Positions 56,101 to 64,000 of a stretch of DNA of 64,000 bases are shown piece by piece. A program made the translations under genes and the position numbers. The DNA is taken from contig OX597824.1 in the NCBI GenBank assembly GCA_951406725.2, positions 46,190,001 through 46,254,000 of the forward strand. Direction: 5' to 3'. Origin of the DNA: Octopus vulgaris. Taxonomy: Eukaryota. Under the pieces are notes generated by a model. The model worked only from the letters and a program-made list of their open reading frames with translations, made no database searches and was not told the DNA's origin. The stretch's first letter is position 1. Each line of letters starts with the position of its first letter.

Positions 56101-59100
56101 ATTCTGAAATAGTTTCTTTTCTTCCTTCAGTAAAAAAAAAAAAAAAAAAAAAGCATAAATCAGTAAATAAATATTAATCCTCTGCATAATTTGCTATTTA
56201 TTTTTTTAAAATTCAGACTCTGCTTATTTACAGATGTCCTGTAAACCATAAGGCTATGCTGAAAAAGCTTTTCTTTTTTTAAGTCTATAGTGCAGTGTTT
56301 CTTAGCCACCTTTTCTCTGTATTTCTGTCCTTTTACTCATATACTCTCCCCATTTCATACATCATCATTGCTTTCCATGCTTGCATAGGTCAACCAGAAT
56401 TTGTTGAGGCAAATTTTCTATGACTAGATGCCCCTTCCTCTCTGTAATTTTCACTTGTTTCCAGGTAAAATGAGATTTCCTTATGACTGTACATGTTGTC
56501 ATGGAAAATTGTAAACAAGTGACATCACTTGTATAAGATGGCAGACATTATTTATGACTATCACATAATGTCAAGACAAGGAGACACAAACACACACATG
56601 CATGCATGTGCACACACACACACACACACACTGAACTTCTTTCAGTTTGTATCTACCAAATTCACCCAGAAGGCTTTGCTTGGCTTTCAGCTATAGTAGA
56701 AGATGCTTGCCCAGGGTGCTATGCTGTGGGACTGACACCAAAGCCGTATGGTTAGGAAGCAAACTAACTATATAGCCAGGTCTGTGCCTATCATAAGGAA
56801 AAGTTAGTCTTGTATACAAATTAATACATCATATCAACTTATGTTAAATAAATATAATTGATTTAACATACTTCTTTCCATTCTTTGGAGTGTTTACACA
56901 CTGATCTTCACTGGGACAGTTTTGTAACATTTTAGCTTTTCTATGAGAAGAGGTCCTTTGTCTTATTGAACCCCTTTCCATCTCTGGAGAGATGAATACC
57001 AAGAGTTTTTCTCATCAACCCTTTTCACAGTGCAATGTAGCTAATTCTGAGAGAGGTAGAAAGAAAGAAAGAAAGAGCAAAAGAGAGAGAGAGAGAGAGA
57101 ATTGACTCCAGTACTTGTCTGATACTTTATCAACTCTGGGATGATAAAAGACAAACTTTACTTCAGCAGGAATTGAACTTAGAATGTAGAAAGCCAGACT
57201 CAAAGCAGCCAAACTCTCTGTTTAATGCTGTAATGTAATCTGCCAGTTTACCGCCAGGGAGTGTTGTAGTTATACTTGATCAGTTGCATGTGTGTGTATG
57301 TATCTGTATGTATGCATGGGTATATACACAAGTGTGTTTATGTGTATGTAAACATGTCAATATGATTTAGCTATTTATGTGATTCTAGTTTGAAAGCCAA
57401 CTGAAAGGTGTAGCAGTTGGTCTTCTGGTAACAAAGGCCAGACAGAATAAAGGAATGCTAATCACTAATTGTTGTAAGCTTTTGTTAAAGTATTAGTGAA
57501 TAGAAGTTTGAAATCTTGTACAGTTACAAAAAGGTTAAAATCTTTAAATCTTTGCTTGAGGCAATGTATAAATATAGAGAAACACTAGAGAAATGAATAC
57601 TGTGAAACAGCAGAAATAAAAGCATGAAAATTGAGGTAATAGTGTCATCATTCTTTCTTTCTTTCTTTTCTCTTTTTTCTTTATTTATTTCCCTTAAATT
57701 TTGCTACCGCAATCCTTTTCTTTATATGTATTTTTCAGAATGTTTAACCCTTCTTACTATCAACCCACATGAGACTGCCCTTGGTTCTATGATACACTCT
57801 TTTTTTAAAACTGATACAAATTTTAAAAAACCTTACTTCAGAATTTCATGTTAATGTTCTAAGCACCAGCTGAACCCTTTAGCATTTAAACCAGCCATAT
57901 CTACCCCAAATATTCTAGTTGTTTTATGTTCAAATCAACTAAATTCCACCTCTCTCTCCTATCTTACAATATCATTCTAAAAATAAACAATCATTGAAAT
58001 CTTAAAGCTACAAAATATTGCAGGATTAATTCAAAACAATGTGAATAAATAATTATTAAATTTGGTAGAGTAATCTGAATGCTAAAGCATTAATGATGAC
58101 TAAATTATTTTACTAAATTCGTCATCATTTTAAGTATGAATTGAAACAAAAGCAATGTATTTCAACAAATATATGGTAACAAAAGAGTTAAGTCTATCTG
58201 CCAGTCAATCAATCTATTTACCTGACTGTTTACTTCACCCATTTTCATTCTCCATCCAGCTATATATCTTGGTATATTAACCCTTTCAAGCTTAAATTTT
58301 TCTGTCAAATGTAATGCACATTTATTTACATTGTTTTGAACTAATCATGCATTATCTTGTCGCTTCAAAGTTTTGAAGATGTGATTGTTTATTTATAGAA
58401 TGGCATTGCAGAATAAGTGTGAGATGCTGGATCTGGCCATTTTCAACATAGAACAAGGTAGAATATTTGGGTCAGATATAGCCTGTTTAAATGCTAAAGG
58501 GTTACAGAAGTCTGTTCATTTTAAAACTTCATGTGCTAAATTGCATTTCCTGGACTTCCTTAAAGTGTAAATGTTTTTACATTTTCAAAATACAGGCTAC
58601 ATCTCTGCCACTGTACTCTTACTCTTTTGCGTTGTTATACTTCTACTTTACCCAGGTGCAAAGAATTCAGACTGTTTTAATATAGCACTTGCAGAACTCG
58701 CTGGACAGTTACCCATCAAAGGTAAGATATTTGTTTCTTTAAAGTTCACATAAAAAAAAAAACTAAACAATATGCTCAAGCATGGCTGTGTGGTAAGAAG
58801 TTTGCTTCCCAACCACATGGTTCTGGGTTCAGTCTCACTGCATGGCACCTTTAGTAAGTGTCTTCTACTATAGCCTTTGGTTGACCAACACCTTATGAAT
58901 GGATTTGGTAGACGGAAACTGAGAGAAGACTGTCATATGTATGGTGTTGGTGTGTTTACATACCTGTTACTTAGTGGTTCACCAAAAGAGATCGATAGAA
59001 TAAGTACCAGGCTTAAAAGGAAAATATGTACTGGCCGCAGTCTAATGACTGAAACAAGTAAAAGACAAAAGATAAGAAATGAAAAAAAAAACTAATAAAA

Positions 59101-60552
59101 AACAAATCAGGCAACATTTTTGTGGTTGCTTGATTTGTTAGAAACAACTTTCAGATCATTCTTAAAGCACATCCAAACTATAACTGTTACTCTTAATCAA
59201 GTACATGGTTGTATATACCATGATTTCCTTAATTTTTTTAGGTACCCATATAGTTGCAAACATCTCTGCCTCCCAACTTTCACTCACAGCAGTGAGAGGG
59301 TGCTGCATTAACCAGCATTGCATCTGGGAGGACACTGTGGACAAAGTAGACCTGGATATATAAAAAAAAGGGATGGTCATAGCTGGAACACATTCAATCA
59401 ATCATAGGTCTGCTCAATCAGGGTTGGCCAGCAGTTGAACAGTAACGACCTATTCACATAATAGTGAAATGTGGAAATTGTCAGTACAAGGTTTGTAATG
59501 TTTCTTGTCTAAAAATTCCACCATGTGGAATTTTGTTTGTACTATCATGGCTTATATTGACAACAACAATATTTTCACCAACAGTGGTGATACAAATGTA
59601 AGTTAAGGATGATGTAAGAATTCTTATTTCAGAGAGATCTACTTGAGTGTTATGAAACAGCACAAGATGACCTTTCTGTCAGCTCTATGAAGTGGCTAAA
59701 AAAAAAACTGGGATGATCACCCAGACTTCAGCTATATTACAACAAAACAGCTTTAGTAAAATACATTTCCCTTTGCCAAAAATATGGTTATCACAGATTA
59801 GCAATTGTTATTCCAATGCTCATGATGCTAATTGATTTTCTCAAAACACTGAGAACTGGCCAAAATCTGCCACAAAAGAGATCAAATACAACATAAACAA
59901 ATTGCTACTGCCATCACCAAAATTAAAGAGAAACTGGATAAGTATGGACAACTGCTTCAATACCTTCAGTTTCTACATCCAGATTATAAATTCACATTTA
60001 TATCAATGATAGTTGGTATACTTGGTTTTATTAGTAAATGCCTAAGTGACAATCTAGTAAAGCTAGAATTTTCAGAAAAAGAAATCAACCAGCTAACTCT
60101 CACATTACAAATGCAATCTGTGAGTGGAACAGTAAGAATATGCAAGACTTTTCTCAAGTTCCATATGTGATGTTTTTGTTATTGGCATTCCAGCAATGGT
60201 GCTTTGTAACTTTGTTAGAAACCGGCTCCTTCTTTATAGGATGACTTCAAATAACTAAAACAACACACACACACACACACTTCTTTTGAAATAGAAAATT
60301 TGTCAAGATGGTAAAAAAATCAAAACTAATGTCATATGTTTTTATGTATAAATATGTGTCATTTCTTTTATGTATATTTTTGTCTTATTTTGCATATATT
60401 TTTATGTGTATTTTCTGTATTTTATTTTTCTAGATCTGAAATCATTTGAAGAAATTACTGAAGAATTAGTTGACCAGACTATAAATGAAGCAGGTTTTAA
60501 TGAAAGGGACTTTGAAGTTTTAAAAAAACATGTTATTAGTTTGGTTTCTTAG
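14875..60552 (+). CDS. GDPGP1: GDP-D-glucose phosphorylase 1 (HIT superfamily, VTC2/C15orf58 homologue); 10 coding exons, 345 aa
   Basis: Joined exons 14875-14955, 16145-16258, 18095-18256, 23623-23709, 26507-26565, 34021-34123, 36972-37072, 45199-45344, 58656-58721, 60434-60552 total 1038 nt, with no internal stop. All introns are GT-AG and phases match. The translation carries GDPGP1 motifs [60 protein letters not shown]. Confidence 0.95.
15560..15856 (+). mobile_element. RTE-LINE 3' end fragment with (GAT)n tail, representative copy
   Basis: gtggttggcattaggaagggcatccagctgtag..catgccagcatggaaa..ttaaatgatgatgat. Copies at 18925-19370, 38140-38790, 46003-46640 and 50172-50900 extend into the RTE C-terminus (GRPRKTW..DL). 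Others at about 6160-6330, 6355-6850, 18420-18695, 22865-23220, 23790-24010, 30200-30660, 30742-30928, 31555-31790, 40475-40780, 42330-42535. Confidence 0.85.
16145..16258 (+). CDS. GDPGP1: GDPGP1 coding exon 2 ([20 protein letters not shown]...[10 protein letters not shown])
   Basis: ttttag| ... CAG|gtaagt; 114 nt, phase 0-0. Confidence 0.95.
16775..16991. mobile_element. Mariner-derived MITE nested in a family B SINE
   Basis: About 29-bp TIRs C(G/A)AG.GGG..CTGA.AAGTTCCTGGCTTT; TA on the right flank. Confidence 0.75.
17270..18006 (+). repeat. Head-to-tail array of about 4 family A SINEs separated by (ATT)n
   Basis: Units at about 17270-17345 (partial), 17371-17572, 17574-17785 and 17786-18006. 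Confidence 0.9.
18095..18256 (+). CDS. GDPGP1: GDPGP1 coding exon 3 ([13 protein letters not shown]...[11 protein letters not shown]...PHNK)
   Basis: Acceptor caag| after a T-rich tract, donor AAG|gtaaga; 162 nt; lies inside ORF 18005-18517. Confidence 0.95.
20264..21887 (+). mobile_element. Internally deleted hAT transposon inserted in (TA)n and interrupted by a SINE
   Basis: TIRs CAG(G/T)GGCGTGC. Transposase remnants [37 protein letters not shown] and [16 protein letters not shown]. Subterminal CT-rich repeats at 20385-20790. Confidence 0.85.
22180..22669. mobile_element. piggyBac-type non-autonomous element containing a SINE
   Basis: TTAA on both flanks; ends CATGTTAAC / GTTAACATG; reconstructed empty site atccTTAAggat. 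Confidence 0.6.
23623..23709 (+). CDS. GDPGP1: GDPGP1 coding exon 4 ([29 protein letters not shown])
   Basis: Strong polypyrimidine tract tttttgcag|, donor CAG|gtgaga; 87 nt. Confidence 0.95.
24833..25052 (+). mobile_element. piggyBac-type MITE (about 220 bp)
   Basis: CCCTTTAG...AAGGG|TTAA ends. Same family at 57875-58089(+) and 58281-58501(-), with a fragment near 1485-1545. Confidence 0.75.
25748..26410 (+). repeat. Second tandem array of three family A SINEs
   Basis: Three successive copies of the gaggtcaactttgcctttcat core. Confidence 0.8.
26507..26565 (+). CDS. GDPGP1: GDPGP1 coding exon 5 ([19 protein letters not shown])
   Basis: ttttacag| ... CT|gtgagt; 59 nt, phase 0-2. Confidence 0.9.
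26810..27012. mobile_element. pogo/Tigger-like MITE
   Basis: TA|CAGTAATC... and ...GGGGTTACTG ends; internal cacctatcatgg repeated. Confidence 0.5.
27057..28260 (-). mobile_element. Tc1 (DD34E) transposon with disrupted transposase
   Basis: TIRs C.C.ACAGAAGTAAATAGACA.CC. ORF 27254-27667 has VMVWG and EDGALCH...SPDMNSIE, with 34 residues between D and E. Confidence 0.92.
28290..29557 (+). mobile_element. Non-autonomous Helitron-like element with internal duplication of period about 305 bp
   Basis: Recurrent ccgattttgatgaaatttg motif; 28570-28720 repeated at 28875-29030; ends CTAG|T at 29554-29558. Confidence 0.6.
31243..31540 (-). mobile_element. Second RTE-family LINE 3' end with (GGAT)n tail
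   Basis: ORF 31237-31476 [12 protein letters not shown]...WR. A + strand copy lies at about 38790-38955. Confidence 0.75.
34021..34123 (+). CDS. GDPGP1: GDPGP1 coding exon 6 with catalytic HIT motif ([25 protein letters not shown]...)
   Basis: aacag| ... TGT|gtaagt; 103 nt, phase 2-0; HLHFH encoded at 34070-34084. Confidence 0.97.
34762..34998 (-). mobile_element. RTE LINE RT-region fragment
   Basis: [26 protein letters not shown], homologous to 63320-63545. Confidence 0.85.
35000..35642 (+). mobile_element. Internally deleted mariner (Mos1/Hsmar-like) remnant
   Basis: [43 protein letters not shown]; 3' TIR-like ttatgggatgacccaata. Confidence 0.85.
36045..36236 (-). mobile_element. Short Penelope-like terminal-repeat element with degenerate hammerhead motif
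   Basis: Homologous to 45623-45832(+); both end at (TA)n; motif at 36148-36182. Confidence 0.6.
36972..37072 (+). CDS. GDPGP1: GDPGP1 coding exon 7 ([24 protein letters not shown]...)
   Basis: tgtttcag| ... GA|gtaagt; 101 nt, phase 0-2. Confidence 0.92.
37368..38128 (-). mobile_element. Older RTE LINE internal fragment
   Basis: ORFs 37332-37577, 37605-37829 and 37986-38351 match the 62823-63490 protein ([26 protein letters not shown]). Confidence 0.92.
39845..40277. repeat. 433-bp segment bounded by perfect 31-bp inverted repeats that are themselves hairpins
   Basis: atatgacaaatataacatttgtcatagaact (39845-39875) and its exact reverse complement (40247-40277). Confidence 0.85.
40408..40448. 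other. Perfect 18-bp stem hairpin
   Basis: catcagatgagataagtg-tgtcc-cacttatctcatctgatg. Confidence 0.9.
43192..43318 (-). mobile_element. Gypsy gag N-terminal remnant
   Basis: The - strand reads [30 protein letters not shown], matching the LPPFW..P..WF.Q.E..F....IT....K motif. Confidence 0.65.
45199..45344 (+). CDS. GDPGP1: GDPGP1 coding exon 8 ([23 protein letters not shown]...[10 protein letters not shown])
   Basis: ttttttcag| ... GAAG|gtattt; 146 nt, phase 2-1. Confidence 0.95.
45623..45832 (+). mobile_element. Short Penelope-like terminal-repeat element with degenerate hammerhead motif (second copy)
   Basis: GTTT-CCGAAGA-A-GAGC-TTT-GCTC-AAAA-CA-TA-AAGC at 45690-45724. Confidence 0.6.
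47279..47645 (+). mobile_element. Helentron-associated non-autonomous element (DINE-1/HINE-like)
   Basis: 5' TTATTACCTCTG.C with nearby GGTGGAGGTA, (GTTT)n microsatellite, 3' sub-TIR TGGCAGAGGT followed by a small palindrome gctctctgagt and a T-run. Confidence 0.75.
48011..48870 (-). mobile_element. Helitron RepHel PIF1-helicase C-terminal remnant
   Basis: MLLRNLD...[13 protein letters not shown]...[25 protein letters not shown]; frameshifted upstream. Confidence 0.92.
49057..49566. repeat. Tandem duplication, period 273 bp
   Basis: 49057-49294 is repeated at 49330-49566; it lies next to the Helitron remnant. Confidence 0.9.
51421..51750 (+). mobile_element. tRNA-headed, hammerhead-bearing short retroelement with an inverted upstream copy of its 3' end
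   Basis: A box TGGCATAGTGG at 51540-51550, B-box-like TTCGATTCC at 51586-51594, hammerhead motif at 51659-51702, inverted copy at 51421-51525, 12-bp TSD AAAATAAGAACA (51409-51420, 51751-51762). Confidence 0.75.
53878..54790 (-). mobile_element. Tx1/L1-clade LINE 3' end
   Basis: zf-RVT-like [11 protein letters not shown]...ETALHA...C; AATAAA-containing tail near 53885. Confidence 0.8.
57748..58187. mobile_element. piggyBac-type MITE containing a nested second MITE (57875-58089)
   Basis: TTAA|CCCTT...AAGAG|TTAA ends. A related nested pair lies at about 39260-39546. Confidence 0.7.
58656..58721 (+). CDS. GDPGP1: GDPGP1 coding exon 9 ([22 protein letters not shown])
   Basis: tttacccag| ... AAAG|gtaaga; 66 nt, phase 1-1. 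Confidence 0.95.
59590..60260 (+). mobile_element. Internally deleted Dong/R4-clade non-LTR retrotransposon (RLE C-terminus)
   Basis: 59913-60170 reads [38 protein letters not shown]...[17 protein letters not shown], matching the K..KY and I.VG.LG restriction-like endonuclease signature. Confidence 0.75.
60434..60552 (+). CDS. GDPGP1: GDPGP1 terminal coding exon ([13 protein letters not shown]...VISLVS*)
   Basis: tttttctag|, TAG stop at 60550-60552. Possible poly(A) signals: ATTAAA 60574-60579 or AATAAA 61600-61605. Confidence 0.92.
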
Positions 60553-60604
60553 CTTATAGAACAAATCAATATAATTAAATGTGGACTTTATTCTGGAAAT
60601 ATTT

Positions 60605-60820
60605 TTATGGAGAAACAATGCTAAACTCAATAACCCTTTCATCAACCATGTGGGCTAATTTTTGGTGCTTCAAGTCTGAATTTTGTGGTATGAAGTGAAC
60701 AAATCTTTCTTTATCTTTTGGGGTTTGCAGGAAGGGGCAGTATCTATGGCCTTTGCAGGTCATCCCAGACCAGTGTAATTGTGTCATTAGTGATTCTCTT
60801 GAGCTGTTGCAAGTCAACAC
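60605..60820 (-). other. Candidate terminal exon of a convergent - strand gene
   Basis: Acceptor tgtactttcctttcttgtag| at 60821. The phase-0 frame is open for 71 codons to TAA; the phase-1 frame reads VDLQQLKRITNDTITLVWDDLQRP*. AATAAA on the - strand at 60592-60587. No family recognised. Confidence 0.35.
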
Positions 60821-62559
60821 CTACAAGAAAGGAAAGTACATGGAGGAAATTCCAGTGTGGTCACATTCTGGCAAAGAAGGGCTAGGAACAGCAGTTAGTG
60901 CAAGGCTTAAAGTTTGGATACAGAAAGGAGGGGAGAGACAAGAGTTTGGGACTGCCTGAGTAGATGTTGCATGATCCCAGCTAGCTCTTCGGATAGAATG
61001 TATTCTTCTGGTAACTATCCTTTAAAATGGTCTGTTAACTATTTGCCCAAAATTTAGTTAACAGAAGAATATAGAATTAGCTGCTCTTTCTAGAAAAGCC
61101 TTATAAAACTCCTGCAGTAAATATAGTCTCTAAACTCATGAAATATTGGTTTCAAATGTTGGCACAAGGCCAACAATTTCAGTTGATTACATTAACCACA
61201 GTGCTCAACTGGTACTTATTTTATCTACCCTGAAAGGATGAAAGTCATAGTCGACCTCAGCAGAATGTGGACTCAGAATGTAAAGACAGTTGAAATGCTG
61301 CTAAGCATTGTGTCTAATGATTCTGCCAACTCGTGAAATGTTAATGATATATAATTTCATGTCACCATGCTTGCATTATGATTGTGGTTAAGACATTTAA
61401 TTCTCAAATATATTTTCTAACTGTAAATAGGTTTTTTGCATGTTAAGAACAAAACACTGCTGCTAAAATTAATGGGTGCTTTATTAGCTTGTAGTGCTCC
61501 TGTGTGTATAACTTAAGAGAATGATGGGTATGGCCAAGCCAACTTGGCTAAGACATATATATGTGAAGTTTTGAAGTTTATATATTCAATTATGGCGACA
61601 ATAAATGAAGTTGAAAAAAGTTCTTAAGTTACAAAGAACTAGACTATGCAGAGGAAACATTTATATTACACTGTTACTGTTATTTCTGGATGTAGTTCCC
61701 ATGTTAATACCGTGATTTTTTTCTTCCTCTCATCTTCAAAACAAAGAATGTCATTAAAAAGAAAAACCTCGCTCTCTAGCTATCTTTTCCTCCCTTTCTC
61801 CAAAAAAAAAAGAAACAACAAAATTTTCTCCTTATCAAAGCAATAAACATCCATAAAAGAATCAGCAAACAACAAAACAAAAAATGTCACATAACAGAAC
61901 GAGGAAATGCTCTGTTTTTACCATTTTGATTTTAATTCTTATCTTGAAGAGTTTGTTTAAACAAACAAAAGTGCTAATAATAAAGAATTATATGATAAAG
62001 AATTATCCAAAATTGTGACTGCCTCCTTTTCTTCTTCATATATATGTAGTTGGAAAGGTGTAGCAAAAGATGTTCAGGTAGCAGATGAGATAGGTATGTG
62101 GACGACATCAAAGTAAAACAATAGGAAAGCATCAGATTGTGGTTTAAATAATTTATTTAAATGACACTTGCATCTACTTGTTGTATACACAAAACAATTC
62201 ACTACATGACATAACAAACTTACTTTGAGTTGGTGAAGAAGAAAATAAACGGGAAATACTGTGTTGATATGATGGGGTAGAACTAGACATGTTTTGTGTC
62301 TTTGTGTGCATTGGTCATTCAGTGGTGCCTGTTTATGTTCTGCATCTGCTACTGTATGTAGGTTGCCTCCTGTTCACTTGAACCTTAAATTACATGGCTC
62401 AGGTCGTAGGTTGAATGGAAAACCATCCATCACTTTTTGACAAGACAAAGAAATTTCTTTCGTGCCTGTTTAGCCAGTGGTGGATCAGATGTGTGAGAAT
62501 CCTTGGATTTGGTTTTGAATCTCAGCTCAGAAAAAGGAAGTGTTAGTTTAGAAATTCCC

Positions 62560-62708
62560 TGTAGAAGTGGGGCAGGATATGCATCAGGTACAGTACAGTT
62601 ATATAGCGATTGATAATCACTGCAAACTCGCCAATCAGTTAATGACTTCTTAGGAATGCAGTATATTAGTGAGGACCAGTTGCTGCTGGATGGGCAGATG
62701 ATTCCGAG
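62560..62708 (-). mobile_element. Gypsy reverse transcriptase N-terminal remnant
   Basis: GIICPSSSNWSS..IPKK...DWRVCSDYQSL...TVPDAYP.P. Confidence 0.8.
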
Positions 62709-62771
62709 AATTTATAATGCATTTTCTCATTTATTAAATAACGGTACACACACACACCCAACTTTTTTATA

Positions 62772-62822
<51 letters not shown>

Positions 62823-62826
<4 letters not shown>

Positions 62827-64000
62827 GGGGATATAGCTTCACTTAATGTGGAAGACAGCTGGAGATTCCTACGGGACAATCTGCTGACAGCCACTGACCA
62901 GATCTGTGGATGGAGCAAAGTACCATCTCGACCCAGAGTAACATGGTGGTGGAACACTGTGGTTGACAGGGCTATTAGACAAAAGAGACAGGCTTGGAAG
63001 GACTGGAAGAACGGTGGTAGCAGGGAATTGTATCAGACAGCCAGAAGGGAAGCTAGGAGACAGGTTTATTTAGCCAGAGGGGAAGCGGATAAGAAAAAAT
63101 TTGCCAATGTTCTGAGCCGTGAGGATGAAGGACTTGAGGTATTTCGTGTTGCATACAGTGTGTGAGAGAGAATCGTGATGTGGTAGGAGAGAAGTGTGTT
63201 CGCATGGATGATGGTTCACTTGCGCTAAATGAGGATGCAAAGAGAGAGGTTTGGAGATGCCACTATGAAAGGTTGCTGAATAAAGAAAATGAATGGGATA
63301 AAGAGAATCTGCTGAATGTTGACCCAACAGAGGGACCAGCTATCCGAGTTGATAGTTCCGTGGTAGCTAAGGCAATTAGAAGCATGAAGACAGGGAAAGC
63401 CCCAGGCCCATCAGGAATTACTGCAGAGATGCTCAAAATATCTGGCAGTGTCGGCTATAACCTAGTCACCCATATAGTCAACCAGGTGATACACGAAGGA
63501 GTCATACCCAATGACTGGTGTAGCAGCATACTAGTCAACTGCTACAAAGGTAAAGGTGATGCCCTAGATACAAATAATTACAGAGGTATCAAGCTGTTGG
63601 ATCAGGTAATGAAGGTTACGGAGAGGGTCATAGCCCAACTAATTAGAGAGAGAGTTAGTTTAGATGAGATGCAGTTTGGGTTCGTGCCAGGGAAAAGCAC
63701 CACTGATGCTATATTCCTGGTAAGGCAGCTGCAGGAGAAATACCTAGCCAAAGATAAGCCCCTGTACCTGGCTTTCGTTGACATGGAGAAAGCCTTTGAT
63801 AGGGTCCCCCGATCCCTCATCTGGTGGTCAATGAGGAAACTAGGGATAGATGAATGGCTGGTGAGGGCTGTGCAAGGCATGTACAGAGATGCCGTAAGTA
63901 AGGTTAGGGTTGGCAACATGTACACAGAAGAATTCAAAGTAGAGGTTGGGGTCCACCAGGGTTCAGTACTCAGCCCCCTCCTATTTATCATAGTCCTCCA
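62823..64000 (+). mobile_element. Young 5'-truncated RTE-clade LINE (RT domain), running off the window end
   Basis: TWWWN, KTGKAPGP, NYRGIKLL, QFGFVPGKSTTDAIF, FVDMEKAFDRV, GVHQGSVLSPLLF; a single frameshift near 63154; begins at a (TA)n run. Confidence 0.96.

Noticed and set aside
62218-62560. - strand exon ending at a gtaagt donor near 62223
   Set aside because: No convincing open frame, and it adjoins a Gypsy RT remnant.
63602-63991. 129-aa - strand ORF
   Set aside because: It is the antisense shadow of the RTE reverse transcriptase frame.
1-64000. CRISPR array or prokaryotic defence system
   Set aside because: The DNA is eukaryotic with spliceosomal introns. Tandem repeats here lack unique spacers, and there are no cas-like ORFs.

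Overview
Eukaryotic, AT-rich, repeat-dense genomic DNA. The SINE, RTE and microsatellite content resembles coleoid cephalopod (Octopus-like) sequence; this is inference. The main gene is a complete + strand GDP-D-glucose phosphorylase (GDPGP1/C15orf58, HIT-family VTC2 homologue). I assembled it by hand from 10 coding exons (14875-60552; 1038 nt, 345 aa) with GT-AG introns, consistent phases and an HLHFH motif. A CpG-retaining promoter-like region lies near 2.8-4.8 kb. Interleaved on the - strand (about 15514 to 6930) is a decayed multi-exon DEG/ENaC (ASIC/FaNaC-like) channel gene that the ORF track does not reveal; two of its exons are still fully open. A candidate terminal exon of a convergent - strand gene abuts the GDPGP1 stop. 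The introns hold mariner, Tc1, hAT, piggyBac-type, Helitron/Helentron, RTE, CR1/L2, Tx1, Dong/R4 and Gypsy remnants, plus many tRNA-derived SINEs. Several short elements carry minimal hammerhead-ribozyme motifs in inverted pairs with 12-bp target duplications (Penelope/retrozyme-like). One of them has a tRNA-derived head. Repeat boundaries are approximate unless a TIR or TSD is quoted.
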